IMG/VR virus record: IMGVR_UViG_3300046170_000297
Coordinates: 1-60,254 of that record
Reading direction: 5' to 3' (one strand)
Origin: a virus
Taxonomy: Duplodnaviria > Caudoviricetes
DNA length: 60,254 nucleotides
Below the pieces are notes generated by a model. That model was not told the origin of the DNA, made no database searches, and was given only the letters and a program-made list of their open reading frames with translations. Below are positions 11,231 to 21,376 of this stretch, in pieces (position 1 is the stretch's first letter; every line of letters starts with the position of its first letter). The position numbers were made by a program, and so were the translations under genes.

Positions 11231-12781
11231 ATGGAGCAAAAACTCTTAAAGATATTTGAGGGTAATTCTGAACTGTTCATCACAACTTCTCTTACGGGGG
11301 AAGTTGATGAACGGGGTAAGAAGCAGGTTAAAGTACTCACGGTCCACGAACCTGTTACCCTTGAGTTATGGAAGAAGCATTTAAAAGGAGAGACACGGAT
11401 CGGGATAAAACCTGAGAACGGTGACGTGTGTAAATGGGGATGTATTGATATTGATCCCCGTAACTATACTACATTTTCAGAAAAGAAAATTGTAGATATC
11501 ATAAGAGATAATCAACTACCATTAATTGCAGTAAGATCTAAATCTGGTGGGCTACATTTATTTTTATTTTTGAATGATTGGTATCCTGTCAAAGAAGTTC
11601 TTAAAGTTTTAAATGATTGGAATAAAACTTTTTTCTATTCGGAAGAAGTATTTCCAATGAACAAATGTTTGAACATGCCGTACTTCAACATGGATCAAAC
11701 TACTGAGTTTGCTTACAACGATAACAATACTCCAGTGATGATAAATAATTTTTTAGAAATGATAACTAAAAAAACTGTAACCTTAGAGCAGTTAAATAAT
11801 ATTAAAGTAAAAGAGTATGAGCCAGAGAGTGATTGGAAACATTATCCTCCTTGTGTTCAGAAAATGATTTCAGAAAAATGGGAAGGTAATCACAGAAACG
11901 AATTGTTATTTAATGTTGGTGTTCTTGAAATGAAGAAAGCCGATGGCAGCTTAAATGCAAGTGAGATACAAAACATTTTACAGAGAAGGAACTATGAAAT
12001 ATTTACAACACCGTTAGATCCTAAAGAAGTAGAAACACTTGCAAAGTCTATATCTAAAAAAGATTATACATATAAGTGTCCACCTAAAACAAATGCAATT
12101 GCACCACTATGTAATAAAGATCTATGTAAGTTAAGAAAGCTTGGTATCGGTTCACAAGTACCAGATATGATTGATGACTTTGAAGATGTAGAGTTTATTA
12201 GATCCACTAAATCAATTGAGTACACATTTAAGTTTCAAGATGAGAAAATAATAATTAACCCAGAAGATATGAAAGATGAAAAATCTTTTAGAGTTAAGCT
12301 ATTACGTTATGGTATCTATTGGATGACATTACCTAAACCTAAGTCGGGACCATCTCCGTTTGAAATGCTTATGGCGACCTTAGTAAGGAAAGCAGTTGAG
12401 AATGAGAAGATGAAATTTGAAGATACACTTGGAGAAGAGAAATATAATTTTCTTAAAAAATTCTTTGAGAGTCATATTGAAGAAGATGACTTTGAGAAAC
12501 TACAAGACAATTATGTTATACTAGATTCTAAGACAAACATTTGTTACTTCAAAAAAATTACTTTCGAAAAATTTTTAGGTAGTGATAAAACATTTAAGAG
12601 TGCTAGTGAAGCATTGAATTTACTTAATTGTGATAGACATGACTACCATGAAGGTGTTAAGAATGTGTGGTCAGTTATGATGCCTAAGTTTGTTGATTAC
12701 AAAGTAGCAGAGAAAAAAGAAACAACAAAAACTGTAACGGAGATGGATGACGAATTCCACACAGGAAAGTTTAGAACTTAG
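11231..12781 (+). CDS. AEP-type primase with PriCT-like domain
   Basis: WGCIDID, RSKSGGLHLF, PPC and GNHRNELLF motifs. Confidence 0.8.
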   Translation: MEQKLLKIFEGNSELFITTSLTGEVDERGKKQVKVLTVHEPVTLELWKKHLKGETRIGIKPENGDVCKWGCIDIDPRNYTTFSEKKIVDIIRDNQLPLIAVRSKSGGLHLFLFLNDWYPVKEVLKVLNDWNKTFFYSEEVFPMNKCLNMPYFNMDQTTEFAYNDNNTPVMINNFLEMITKKTVTLEQLNNIKVKEYEPESDWKHYPPCVQKMISEKWEGNHRNELLFNVGVLEMKKADGSLNASEIQNILQRRNYEIFTTPLDPKEVETLAKSISKKDYTYKCPPKTNAIAPLCNKDLCKLRKLGIGSQVPDMIDDFEDVEFIRSTKSIEYTFKFQDEKIIINPEDMKDEKSFRVKLLRYGIYWMTLPKPKSGPSPFEMLMATLVRKAVENEKMKFEDTLGEEKYNFLKKFFESHIEEDDFEKLQDNYVILDSKTNICYFKKITFEKFLGSDKTFKSASEALNLLNCDRHDYHEGVKNVWSVMMPKFVDYKVAEKKETTKTVTEMDDEFHTGKFRT

Positions 12782-14390
12782 AATATTAAAAGATCTTTAC
12801 CATAAAACAGTAAAGATCTTTGGTCCTCCAGGTACAGGTAAAACATACACACTGATTGAGAAGGTTCTTAAAAGTTATTTAAGAAAAGGTGTAAGGCCAA
12901 ATGATATTGCTTATCTATCCTTTACTAACAAAGCTGTTAACACTGCAGTCAGAAGAGCCATGGAGTCTTTTCCAAATTATTCTACAGAAGATTTTTCAAG
13001 ATTCAAAACACTACATACTTATTGTAGGAGATACTTTCCAGAAGAAGTATTTGATCCTAAAGATTGTACAATTGATTTTGCATTACAAACCAAAGTAATT
13101 AAGTCTTCAGATAAAAGATTAGCAGATGATAACTTCATGTATAAAGATTGGTCATTAGGAGTCTACAGTAAAGCTAGAAATTTATTAATAGATCCTGAGG
13201 AAGCCTACAAAATGGAAGGGTATAAAAGAGATTCACTTACAGTATTTAAAAGAAAGATAGATACTTACGAACACTATAAGACAGGAGGAGGAGAGAGATC
13301 ATTCATAGACTTTGATGATATGATTCAAAGAGCAATAACAGAAGTAGATTTCCCACCACTTAAAGTTTTAATCTTAGATGAAGCACAGGACTGCACCCCG
13401 TTACAATGGTCAGTGTTATATAAAATGGCACCTAAAGTAGATAGGATATATCTTGCAGGAGATGATGACCAGGCTATATACAAATGGAATGGAGCAGATC
13501 CAAAATATTTTACAAAGTTCTTTCCAGGTCGCAAAGTAAAACTAAGAAAGACTCAAAGATTTGGAGAAGCAATTCATAGATTCTCACAAGTAATTAGAAG
13601 AGGGATTAGAGACAGTGAAGAAAAAGAATATCAACCAGGAGATTCAAAAGGCTCTGTTAAAAGTTATTTGTCATTCAAAGAGATACCTTTCGAAACATTA
13701 AAAGAAGATTGGTATATCTTAGGTCGTATTAATGAAACTGTAAATGAACTTAGGATGTTAGCTAAGGATGCAGGTTTATATTACAAAGACAATAGAGGTA
13801 CTAAATGTTTTGATCAGAAACAATGGGAAGCTATCAAAGCTTGGACAACAATTAGTAATAATAAAAAGATAGATAAAAGAGCAGCACGTAACATGGTTAA
13901 ATATATTAGAGAACTTGAAGACCCTGCTTATAGATTAGATAAGTTCTGGAGGAATGAACCAGATTTAAGAGAGTATGACTTTCAAACTTTAAAAGAGTGG
14001 TGTGGTCTAGCATTAGAAGATACACAAAAAAATAAACCTTGGTATTGGATACTGAGAAGAAATTTTAAACCAAGACAAGTAAGACACTTTATAAGATTGT
14101 TAAGAAGATATGGACAAAAAGAATTAGATAAGGATCCAATAATAACAATTGATACAATACATAGTGTCAAAGGTGGTGAAGCAAATCATGTTGTACTTTA
14201 TAGTAAAGGTAATTACCCATCTGATTATGCAAACAAAAACAAACAAGAAAAAAGTGATGAACGTAAGGTTTGGTATACCGGTGCAACAAGAGCAAGAAAA
14301 ACTTTACATTTATTAAGAACAGACTATAAGTTTAACTACCCAATAGGGTCAGACTATTTAATTTATGTCCAGGAGAAAAATGACAAATAA
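12747..14390 (+). CDS. UvrD/Rep-like SF1 helicase
   Basis: GPPGTGKT, LDEAQD, AGDDDQAIY, TIHSVKGGE and YTGATRA motifs. Confidence 0.93.
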   Translation: MTNSTQESLELRILKDLYHKTVKIFGPPGTGKTYTLIEKVLKSYLRKGVRPNDIAYLSFTNKAVNTAVRRAMESFPNYSTEDFSRFKTLHTYCRRYFPEEVFDPKDCTIDFALQTKVIKSSDKRLADDNFMYKDWSLGVYSKARNLLIDPEEAYKMEGYKRDSLTVFKRKIDTYEHYKTGGGERSFIDFDDMIQRAITEVDFPPLKVLILDEAQDCTPLQWSVLYKMAPKVDRIYLAGDDDQAIYKWNGADPKYFTKFFPGRKVKLRKTQRFGEAIHRFSQVIRRGIRDSEEKEYQPGDSKGSVKSYLSFKEIPFETLKEDWYILGRINETVNELRMLAKDAGLYYKDNRGTKCFDQKQWEAIKAWTTISNNKKIDKRAARNMVKYIRELEDPAYRLDKFWRNEPDLREYDFQTLKEWCGLALEDTQKNKPWYWILRRNFKPRQVRHFIRLLRRYGQKELDKDPIITIDTIHSVKGGEANHVVLYSKGNYPSDYANKNKQEKSDERKVWYTGATRARKTLHLLRTDYKFNYPIGSDYLIYVQEKNDK

Positions 14391-14628
14391 AGGAATCTTT
14401 GATGAAGCTAAAGATGCTGATGAAAAGCAGATTGGTGGGAATCACTACCGAAGCTTTTTAATTCAACCGTGGACTTTTATAAGAAAGAATGGTCTCAATC
14501 CTTTTCAAGCAAATGTTATTAAATATGTATGTAGATATTTATTCAAAGGTAAAACAATAGAAGATATAGATAAGATTATTCATTACTGTGAACTAGAGAA
14601 ACAACATTTGAAAGAAGAAAAAAAATGA
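14380..14628 (+). CDS. DUF3310 / T7 gp1.7-like protein
   Basis: QIGGNHY, NVIKYVCRY and EDIDKIIHY motifs; AGGAG RBS before ATG 14380. Confidence 0.8.
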   Translation: MTNKGIFDEAKDADEKQIGGNHYRSFLIQPWTFIRKNGLNPFQANVIKYVCRYLFKGKTIEDIDKIIHYCELEKQHLKEEKK

Positions 14629-16499
14629 ACGGACTACAACTTACGTTAACATTTAAGAAATCAATGTGGAATACACCGTCAGAATATAAAGATTTATCTG
14701 GTGCAACTGAGATAGCAATTGACTTAGAAACTAGAGACGATGGTATTAATGAAAAGCTTGGAGCTGGTTGGGCTTTAGGTAAAGGAGAGATTGTAGGGTT
14801 TGCAGTAGCCGTTGATGGATGGCAAGGATACTTTCCGTTTGGACATTTAGGTGGTGGTAACATGATACCTGAACAAGTAAAAAAATATATGAAGGATGTA
14901 TGTGCCCTTCCTTGTGCAAAAATATTTCACAACGCTCAGTATGATGTAGGTTGGTTAGAAGCATCAGGAATCACGGTCAACGGACCAATAGTAGATACAA
15001 TGATAGCTGCAGCATTAATAGATGAAAATAGATTTCAATATAACTTAAATAGTTTGTCAGTAGATTATTTGGGAGAAATAAAAGCAGAGACAGAATTAAG
15101 AGAAGCAGCCGCAGCTCATGGTATAGACCCTAAAGCAGAGATGTGGAAGTTACCTGCAGAACATGTTGGTTACTATGCAGAGCAAGATGCAGTGTTAACA
15201 TTAAAGTTATGGCAAAGATTTAAACAAGAGATAAGAACGCAGAGCCTAGAAACTGTGTGGGATCTAGAACAACAATTAATTCCGGTGCTGATAAAAATGC
15301 GTCAACGAGGAGTGAGAGTCCAAGTGGAATTAGCTGAACGACTAAAAAAAGAAATGTTGAGCCAAGAAAAAGAACTACTGGGGGCCATACAAAAAGAATC
15401 AGGAATAGAAGTAGACATTTGGGCATCACGCCAGATTGCCAAAGCTTTTGACAAAATGAAATTAGATTATCCACGAACTGAAAAAACAAATGAGCCTTCC
15501 TTTACACAAAATTGGTTAATAAATAACAAACATAACCTAGCGCAATTAATTGTGCAAGCCAGAGAGATAAATAAATTTCATAGTACCTTCCTGTCATCAA
15601 TACTTCGATACCAGGTCAAAGGTAGAATCCATGGAGAGATACAACAATTAAGATCTGATTTAGGGGGAACGGTATCAGGTAGACTATCTATGAGTAACCC
15701 AAATCTACAACAAGTACCTGCTAGAAACAAAGATCTAGGACCTAAAATTAGATCACTGTTTATACCAGAAGAGGGTTACCAATGGGGCTCATTTGATTAC
15801 TCGCAACAAGAACCACGAATGACGGTTCACTATGCAGCATCTATTGGAGACAATGGTTATGAAGGGGCACAAGAATTAGTAGAGGCTTATAAGAATGATG
15901 ACGCAGACTTCCATCAAACAGTAGCAGATCTTGTTGGTATTGAAAGAACTCAAGCTAAAACAATTGGTCTAGGTATAATGTATGGAATGGGTAAGAATAA
16001 ATTAGCATTATCTTTAGGGGTAACTAAAGATGAAGCAGATGAATTAATTGTAAAATATAACAAGAAGGTTCCTTTTATTAGAAAACTTTCTGATAGATGT
16101 AAGTTAGCAGCAGATGAGAAGGGTGTGATTAGGACTAAAAAAGGTAGGAAGTGTAGGTTTGATAAGTGGGAGACTAGAGACTTTGGATTACACCAAGCCG
16201 AAACATTTGATAATGCAGTTGCTAAATATGGTAAAGATAATATTAAGAGAGCCTATACATACAAAGCATTGAATAGATTAATTCAAGGATCCTCAGCTGA
16301 TCAAACAAAACAGTCTATGTTGGATTGTTACAAAGCAGGTCACTTACCTATGTTACAGATACATGATGAACTTTGTTTTAATATTAAGGATGATGCTCAT
16401 GCAAAAGAGATAAAAGGTATTATGGAGAAGTCAATTGAGTTTAAAGTACCTTCAGTGGTTGACGTTGGATTAGGAAAGAGTTGGGGTGATGCTAAATAG
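14625..16499 (+). CDS. polA: Family A DNA polymerase with 3'-5' exonuclease
   Basis: DLET, HNAQYD, SGRLS, DYSQQEPR, RTQAKTIGLGIMYG and QIHDEL motifs. Confidence 0.96.
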   Translation: MNGLQLTLTFKKSMWNTPSEYKDLSGATEIAIDLETRDDGINEKLGAGWALGKGEIVGFAVAVDGWQGYFPFGHLGGGNMIPEQVKKYMKDVCALPCAKIFHNAQYDVGWLEASGITVNGPIVDTMIAAALIDENRFQYNLNSLSVDYLGEIKAETELREAAAAHGIDPKAEMWKLPAEHVGYYAEQDAVLTLKLWQRFKQEIRTQSLETVWDLEQQLIPVLIKMRQRGVRVQVELAERLKKEMLSQEKELLGAIQKESGIEVDIWASRQIAKAFDKMKLDYPRTEKTNEPSFTQNWLINNKHNLAQLIVQAREINKFHSTFLSSILRYQVKGRIHGEIQQLRSDLGGTVSGRLSMSNPNLQQVPARNKDLGPKIRSLFIPEEGYQWGSFDYSQQEPRMTVHYAASIGDNGYEGAQELVEAYKNDDADFHQTVADLVGIERTQAKTIGLGIMYGMGKNKLALSLGVTKDEADELIVKYNKKVPFIRKLSDRCKLAADEKGVIRTKKGRKCRFDKWETRDFGLHQAETFDNAVAKYGKDNIKRAYTYKALNRLIQGSSADQTKQSMLDCYKAGHLPMLQIHDELCFNIKDDAHAKEIKGIMEKSIEFKVPSVVDVGLGKSWGDAK

Positions 16500-16917
16500 A
16501 AATTTTCCCCATGATAACAAAGACTTAATAGCTTATGCAGCAGGATTGTTTGATGGTGAAGGTAACATTAATTATGCACAATATAAATGCAAGAAGCCAA
16601 ATGGTAAAACTTATTTAAAATGGAATGTAGCAATGGAAGTTGCAATGACAGATTTAGATTGTATCAAAAATTTTTATGATATTGTTAAAGTAGGCAGTAT
16701 TCATTTCAAAGGTATTGGTAAAGGATCATTAGGTAAGACAGATCAGTGGAGATGGAGATGCTCTCATCAAAAAGCATTACACCTTGCAAAATTATTTTTA
16801 CCGTACGCTACTGTAAAAAGAGAAAGACTATTAAAAATTATAAATCACTATGAGTTTATTAAGCCGAAAGAATCCCTAGGAAAAAAGTTTAGTTTTTTAA
16901 AATCTAATAAAACTTAG
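16486..16917 (+). CDS. Free-standing LAGLIDADG endonuclease
   Basis: IAYAAGLFDGEG motif. Confidence 0.8.
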   Translation: MMLNRNFPHDNKDLIAYAAGLFDGEGNINYAQYKCKKPNGKTYLKWNVAMEVAMTDLDCIKNFYDIVKVGSIHFKGIGKGSLGKTDQWRWRCSHQKALHLAKLFLPYATVKRERLLKIINHYEFIKPKESLGKKFSFLKSNKT

Positions 16918-17099
16918 CCTGTTGCAACTAAATTTTCTTGAACATCTTGATGTTTTAATTGATTTCTAAGAGATTTAATTTCACTCTCAGTCTTCAACAT
17001 ATCTGTAGTACAACCACCATGTGTCATAAGACTAGCTGACCAAGCATGTTCTTTGTGTTGAAGTTTTTTAAGCAACTCCAATTTTTCTTTACTTAACAT
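16914..17099 (-). CDS. Hypothetical protein
   Basis: Overlapping member of a leftward four-gene operon. Confidence 0.6.
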   Translation of the reverse strand: MLSKEKLELLKKLQHKEHAWSASLMTHGGCTTDMLKTESEIKSLRNQLKHQDVQENLVATG

Positions 17100-17283
17100 C
17101 TACGATCTCCTCGTATGTTATGTGGACTCTTTTATTACCGGTGAAGCCATCATCGATAACTTCAACAGTACCGTTATCCACGTTATCTGACACTTTCAAT
17201 ATCGCTTCTTTACAATCGTCTGCTTCGACTACTTGGTCTACTTGCAAACCTCCCATGTATGCTTTGATACGATAAGCTGTCAT
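17089..17283 (-). CDS. Hypothetical protein
   Basis: Overlapping member of the leftward operon. Confidence 0.6.
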   Translation of the reverse strand: MTAYRIKAYMGGLQVDQVVEADDCKEAILKVSDNVDNGTVEVIDDGFTGNKRVHITYEEIVDVK

Positions 17284-17540
17284 AAGATATTATAGGATAT
17301 TTCAAAGCTTTGGTCAATATCCATGCCTTGACTGTCAATAGCATAACAAAATACATCATAAGAGGCCATAGAGCCCCCTAATCCTTCGATCTTACGTTTT
17401 TGAGCTGTACCTATAGCTTTAGCCATAGATCTGCATTCTGAGGCATCTGAGAGGTTATCTCTGAGATATTGTCCACACTTTGTCTCTCCATTTGGATAAG
17501 TTAAACAAAATGATGTTAGTAGTATAAATTTAATTAGCAT
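17280..17540 (-). CDS. Small Cys-containing exported/membrane protein
   Basis: Hydrophobic N-terminus and four Cys; resembles its neighbour. Confidence 0.6.
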   Translation of the reverse strand: MLIKFILLTSFCLTYPNGETKCGQYLRDNLSDASECRSMAKAIGTAQKRKIEGLGGSMASYDVFCYAIDSQGMDIDQSFEISYNIL

Positions 17541-17752
17541 TAAGTTTCTAATAATTTTTCACAAGTAAATTTTGTATAGATTTCATACTTATTTACTTCA
17601 TCTCTACCCATTTCTTCTAATAAGTCTACTGATTTTTTGTAGCCATCAACATGGCAATCAAATGAGTCAGTATAAGGTGTTTCTATTTGAATTGGAGGCA
17701 TGCAGCTTCCACCAATTACTGAGCACACATAGATTACTAAAATTATTTTCAT
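17540..17752 (-). CDS. Small Cys-containing exported/membrane protein
   Basis: MKIILVIYVC start and four Cys. Confidence 0.6.
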   Translation of the reverse strand: MKIILVIYVCSVIGGSCMPPIQIETPYTDSFDCHVDGYKKSVDLLEEMGRDEVNKYEIYTKFTCEKLLET

Positions 17753-17766
17753 TGACTTTTAATTAC

Positions 17767-17784
17767 ATCCCATATATTTAAGAT
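17767..17784. promoter_or_regulatory. Palindromic operator copy (ATCCCAT-N4-TTAAGAT) in a divergent promoter region
   Basis: Matches the ATCYYAT-N4-ATRRGAT consensus; TTGACT at 17752. Confidence 0.55.
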
Positions 17785-17821
17785 AGCATAATAATAACAA
17801 ACCTACAATGGAGGATTAAAA

Positions 17822-18100
17822 ATGGCAATTATGTTTGAACCAAAAGGTAGAACTTCAACTGAGACAGTAAAAGAACCAGATGTTTTACCGTTAGGACAAA
17901 AACCAGAAGGTGAACTTAATACATTACTTCGAATGCAAAATGCATTTAATAAATTAGTTAGTAGTATGAAGTTACTTGAAGACAATCTAGAAAAATTAAA
18001 GGACGAGAATAAAAGACTCAAAGATGCTTTAGGACTTACTGAAGTTGACGAGCCTTTAGTTTCAACTGAAGATATGGAGATTAAAAATGGACATCAATAA
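17822..18100 (+). CDS. Coiled-coil hypothetical protein
   Basis: GGAGG RBS; heptad pattern. Confidence 0.65.
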   Translation: MAIMFEPKGRTSTETVKEPDVLPLGQKPEGELNTLLRMQNAFNKLVSSMKLLEDNLEKLKDENKRLKDALGLTEVDEPLVSTEDMEIKNGHQ

Positions 18101-18314
18101 ATGGAAGTCAGTTGCAATTGCATCTAAAGATTACAAAGTATTAAAAGCCCTTTGTAAATCAAAATTTAGAGCGCCAGGAGCTATGGTCTCAAAACTTCTG
18201 AATGATTATGTAGAGCATCAAGCTAAAAAAAATAAAACAACTGTTGAAAATTTTAGAAAAAAATTATTAAACGGAGATGGTCATGATGACGGAGAACGAT
18301 CTAAAAAGAGTTGA
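18087..18314 (+). CDS. Putative ribbon-helix-helix DNA-binding protein
   Basis: KSVAI strand followed by two predicted helices; 75 aa, basic. Confidence 0.5.
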   Translation: MDINKWKSVAIASKDYKVLKALCKSKFRAPGAMVSKLLNDYVEHQAKKNKTTVENFRKKLLNGDGHDDGERSKKS

Positions 18315-18516
18315 CACTAGAATCAAAGCAAAAGAATTATTCACTATTGAATTAGATCACGCTAACAACACGCTTACTTTTATAGTGAATGGTAAAGTAA
18401 TGAATGTAGCAAAAACATTCAAAGCAGAAGCCCTATTTGAAAGAATGTTAAAGATAGCAAAATTTAAATTCTTGAAGATGAGGGATCAAAAGAGAAAAGA
18501 ATATATTGAAAACTAA
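18277..18516 (+). CDS. Hypothetical protein
   Basis: Overlapping ORF within the operon. Confidence 0.55.
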   Translation: MVMMTENDLKRVDTRIKAKELFTIELDHANNTLTFIVNGKVMNVAKTFKAEALFERMLKIAKFKFLKMRDQKRKEYIEN

Positions 18517-19789
18517 ACTAAAGGTATTAGACTTATTCAGTGGGATTGGAGGCTTTAGTTTAGGTCTTCATTCCACTGATATATTTGATACAGTTAAGTT
18601 TGTAGAGTTTGATGAATTTTGTCAAAAGGTTTTAAAAAAGAATTTTCCAAACGTACCAATTGAAGGAGATATAAAAAATGTCAAAGGAAAAGAATTCGAA
18701 GCAGACATCATTGTGGGAGGTTTTCCCCTGCCAGCCGTTCAGTGTTGCAGGGAAACAAAAAGGGAGAGATGACAACCGATATCTCTGGCCAGAAATGTTT
18801 AGACTCATTAAAGAAATCAAACCCGAGTTCGTTATTGGAGAGAATGTGCAGGGACTTGTTAACCTCCAAAACGGCATGGTCCTCAGACAGGTGCAAGATG
18901 ACTTGGAAGGTGAAGGTTTCGAAGTCCAATGTTTCCTTATACCAGCTTCAGGCATCGGTGCTTGGCACCAAAGATTTAGAGTCTGGATTGTGGGCCACTC
19001 CAAACACAATGGATTACTTGCCGCCGAGAAGCGCAGCAGGGACAAAAAAATTAATGGAGGGACACAGGAAGGGCAGAACCAAACCATCGAATTTGAGAGA
19101 ACAAGTGGATCCAGAAACGATGAAGATGTATCCAACACCGAACGCAAGAGATTGGAAGGACTCAGTGAACAAGGTACCACCCTCAGTAGGGAAAACGAGA
19201 GGTCACAGTTTGGGTCAACGAATAGCAGCAGATCAAGTGAGGATGTATCCAACTCCACGATCCTCGGGACAGGAGGATGCAGAGACTCTGATCAAGAGGA
19301 AGGGAGAGAAGGCTGCAGCTCAACACAATCTGACGGCAAACGTTCAAATGTTTCCTACACCATCAGCGAGTTGTCAGTTGGATGTAGTAGCACCACCAGA
19401 GACAGTGAAGCAGAACTCATCAGGTTGGAGTGTAACGAGGGTTGGCACTGGAACCAAGTTCGGAGCCAAGTTGAACGATGTAGTGAACAAGATTTACAAC
19501 AAATACCAACACCCACGGCTCACGACTCAAAGAATGTGACGTTCCCAATCAGTCAGAAGGGGAAGTCAACAGTAGTGGGCAACATGTTAAAGAACGAAAT
19601 ACCAAAACCTGGTGGCAAATTGAATCCGACCTTTGTGGAGTTCCTAATGGGATTTCCAGAGAATTGGACAAAGATAGAGCAAGCAGAATCAAAAGTCTCG
19701 GAAACGCAATCGTCCCACAAATGGCAAGAATCTTCGGACTCGCAATCAAAAAAGTTTTATCGGACTCCGACTGCAATGGACAAGGGTGA
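18506..19789 (+). CDS. C5 cytosine DNA methyltransferase, alpha chain (apparent +1 indel near 18725, -1 near 19495)
   Basis: Motif I LDLFSGIGG, IV GFPCQPFS, VI ENV, VIII HQRFRVWIVG, and motif X RIKSLGNAIVPQ around 19697 in the original frame. Confidence 0.85.
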
Positions 19790-20180
19790 TAATAGTTTTA
19801 AGTATGCAGCCAAAATATTAAAAGGTAAATTAAATAGATCTCAGTCTAAGCAACCGGTACAGAAAACATTATCTATGGATGTGGCCATGGAGCATTTAAA
19901 AAACAATCAACATTTGATAGATGCTTATGATGAAAAATTTAAGATGAGACCACACCTCCCACCCAAAGATAATTTTTAAAATATTTAAAAGAGAACCTGG
20001 ACAAGAAAAAATTAGTTGAAGATAATATAATTAAGAAGACAACTATTGATCATTGGTTAAGATCAGATCATTGCTTTGCATATCCTACCGTTGAATATTG
20101 GAAAATGATTAAGCCATACTTAAAAGAAATTAAAGTTTGATTATCAAATGACATTTGAAATCGAGTCTGATTGGGAATAA
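18678..20180 (+). CDS. Overlapping-frame methyltransferase beta chain (TRD-like modules and motif IX)
   Basis: AAGGAG SD at 18663 before ATG 18678; open +1 frame with repeated (W/Y/F)xTP modules and LNPTFVEFLMGFPENWT; 3' end uncertain because of indels. Confidence 0.65.
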
Positions 20181-20258
20181 ATTTTTAGTCATCTCCCTTG
20201 TACCCACGACACTGATTAGTTTATAATAAGTACTTGCCACTGAAGGTAAAATTTTTAT

Positions 20259-20467
20259 ATGACTAAACTATTACGCAACTACAAGATATGTACCGACTGT
20301 AAAGGAACGGGTCATATCGAGACTTCAAGCAATCGTTTGTATCTTGTATCATTTGCAATGGATCAGGATCCACGACTCACGGCTCATCATCAGAAGCAGA
20401 ACAAGTATTATTATTTAAAGTAGCGTGGGATTATATTAATGGCAGACAAAACGGATGGTATCACTGA
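20259..20467 (+). CDS. Small CxxCxGxG zinc-finger protein (frameshifted)
   Basis: CTDCKGTG and CIICNGSG; upstream TTGTAC-N18-TATAAT at 20198..20227. Confidence 0.6.
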
Positions 20468-20738
20468 TCTAACAAAAGTATTAGTTAGTGCTGCTAAAAA
20501 ATTTAATGAAAAAGAATATAGCAAACTACAATCTGTAATCTTTGCTATGCTCCATGGGGTTAACTATGGTTACACTGATATGGATGCAAGATTCCTGGAA
20601 GACTCAAACGATTTATTTTTTATACACAAAGCTGATAAAATACATAAGAAGATAACTAAGAAAGCAAAAGTAAAATACAAAGATAACGTAATTCAATTTA
20701 AAGATTTTAGTAGAGAGGACGCTACGAATGATGGCTGA
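20439..20738 (+). CDS. Hypothetical protein
   Basis: Overlapping ORF within the operon. Confidence 0.6.
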   Translation: MADKTDGITDLTKVLVSAAKKFNEKEYSKLQSVIFAMLHGVNYGYTDMDARFLEDSNDLFFIHKADKIHKKITKKAKVKYKDNVIQFKDFSREDATNDG

Positions 20739-20943
20739 TAATTATACTAAAGCAGAAGCACAATTGGATTTTAGAGATATCTCTGAACACATAAGTGAAG
20801 AGGGATTAGAAGGCGCAGCCATTACAACTTTGATTGATGATGTACATGAACACTTTGAGGTCGCCACTCGATTAAATTTTAAAAAATCGAAAGGCCATTA
20901 TCGTGCTCTACTCAGTAGACTTATTAAAACTTATGGGCATTAG
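20728..20943 (+). CDS. Hypothetical protein
   Basis: GAGG RBS; overlapping ORF. Confidence 0.6.
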   Translation: MMADNYTKAEAQLDFRDISEHISEEGLEGAAITTLIDDVHEHFEVATRLNFKKSKGHYRALLSRLIKTYGH

Positions 20944-21376
20944 AATTACTGCTGATATCATTGAAGAGAACCATATTTGCAATGAACAGAAGTTATGGAG
21001 GCATGTAATTTTAAATGCGTTTGAAGATACTAGAGCTCTAAGTGCAGATCGTAAAGCTTCATTAAATAAAACGGATGCACATTATTGGATAGCAGCCTCG
21101 AAAGATTTTGAACAGATCTGTTGGTGGGCAGGATGGGAACCAGATAATGTTAGGTACCGGTATTACAAAGCATTAAAGAATGGAGATATCAAATTTAAAA
21201 GAAAACATTTTCTTTGGTATGAGTATGATAAATTATTTCAAAGACTCAAAGCCGAAACTGATAATGATTTAAGACGTGAGCTGAGACGTAATATAGAAAA
21301 TAAAAGAAGACAGATTATGGATGCAGATAATGTTTTTGTTGATAATTTTAAAAAGGATTTGAATGTTGAACTTTAA
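20903..21376 (+). CDS. Hypothetical protein (start probably ATG near 20933)
   Basis: EQKLWRHVILNAFED...DFEQICWWAG, a common phage pattern. Confidence 0.65.
   Translation: MLYSVDLLKLMGIRITADIIEENHICNEQKLWRHVILNAFEDTRALSADRKASLNKTDAHYWIAASKDFEQICWWAGWEPDNVRYRYYKALKNGDIKFKRKHFLWYEYDKLFQRLKAETDNDLRRELRRNIENKRRQIMDADNVFVDNFKKDLNVEL

Noticed and set aside
17282-17298. Sixth operator copy (ATAAGAT...ATAGGAT)
   Set aside because: Half-sites are in direct rather than inverted orientation and lie in coding sequence
18632-19776. Minus-strand ORFs over the methyltransferase
   Set aside because: Shadows of the dual-coding plus strand; 19549..19776 mirrors the motif X frame
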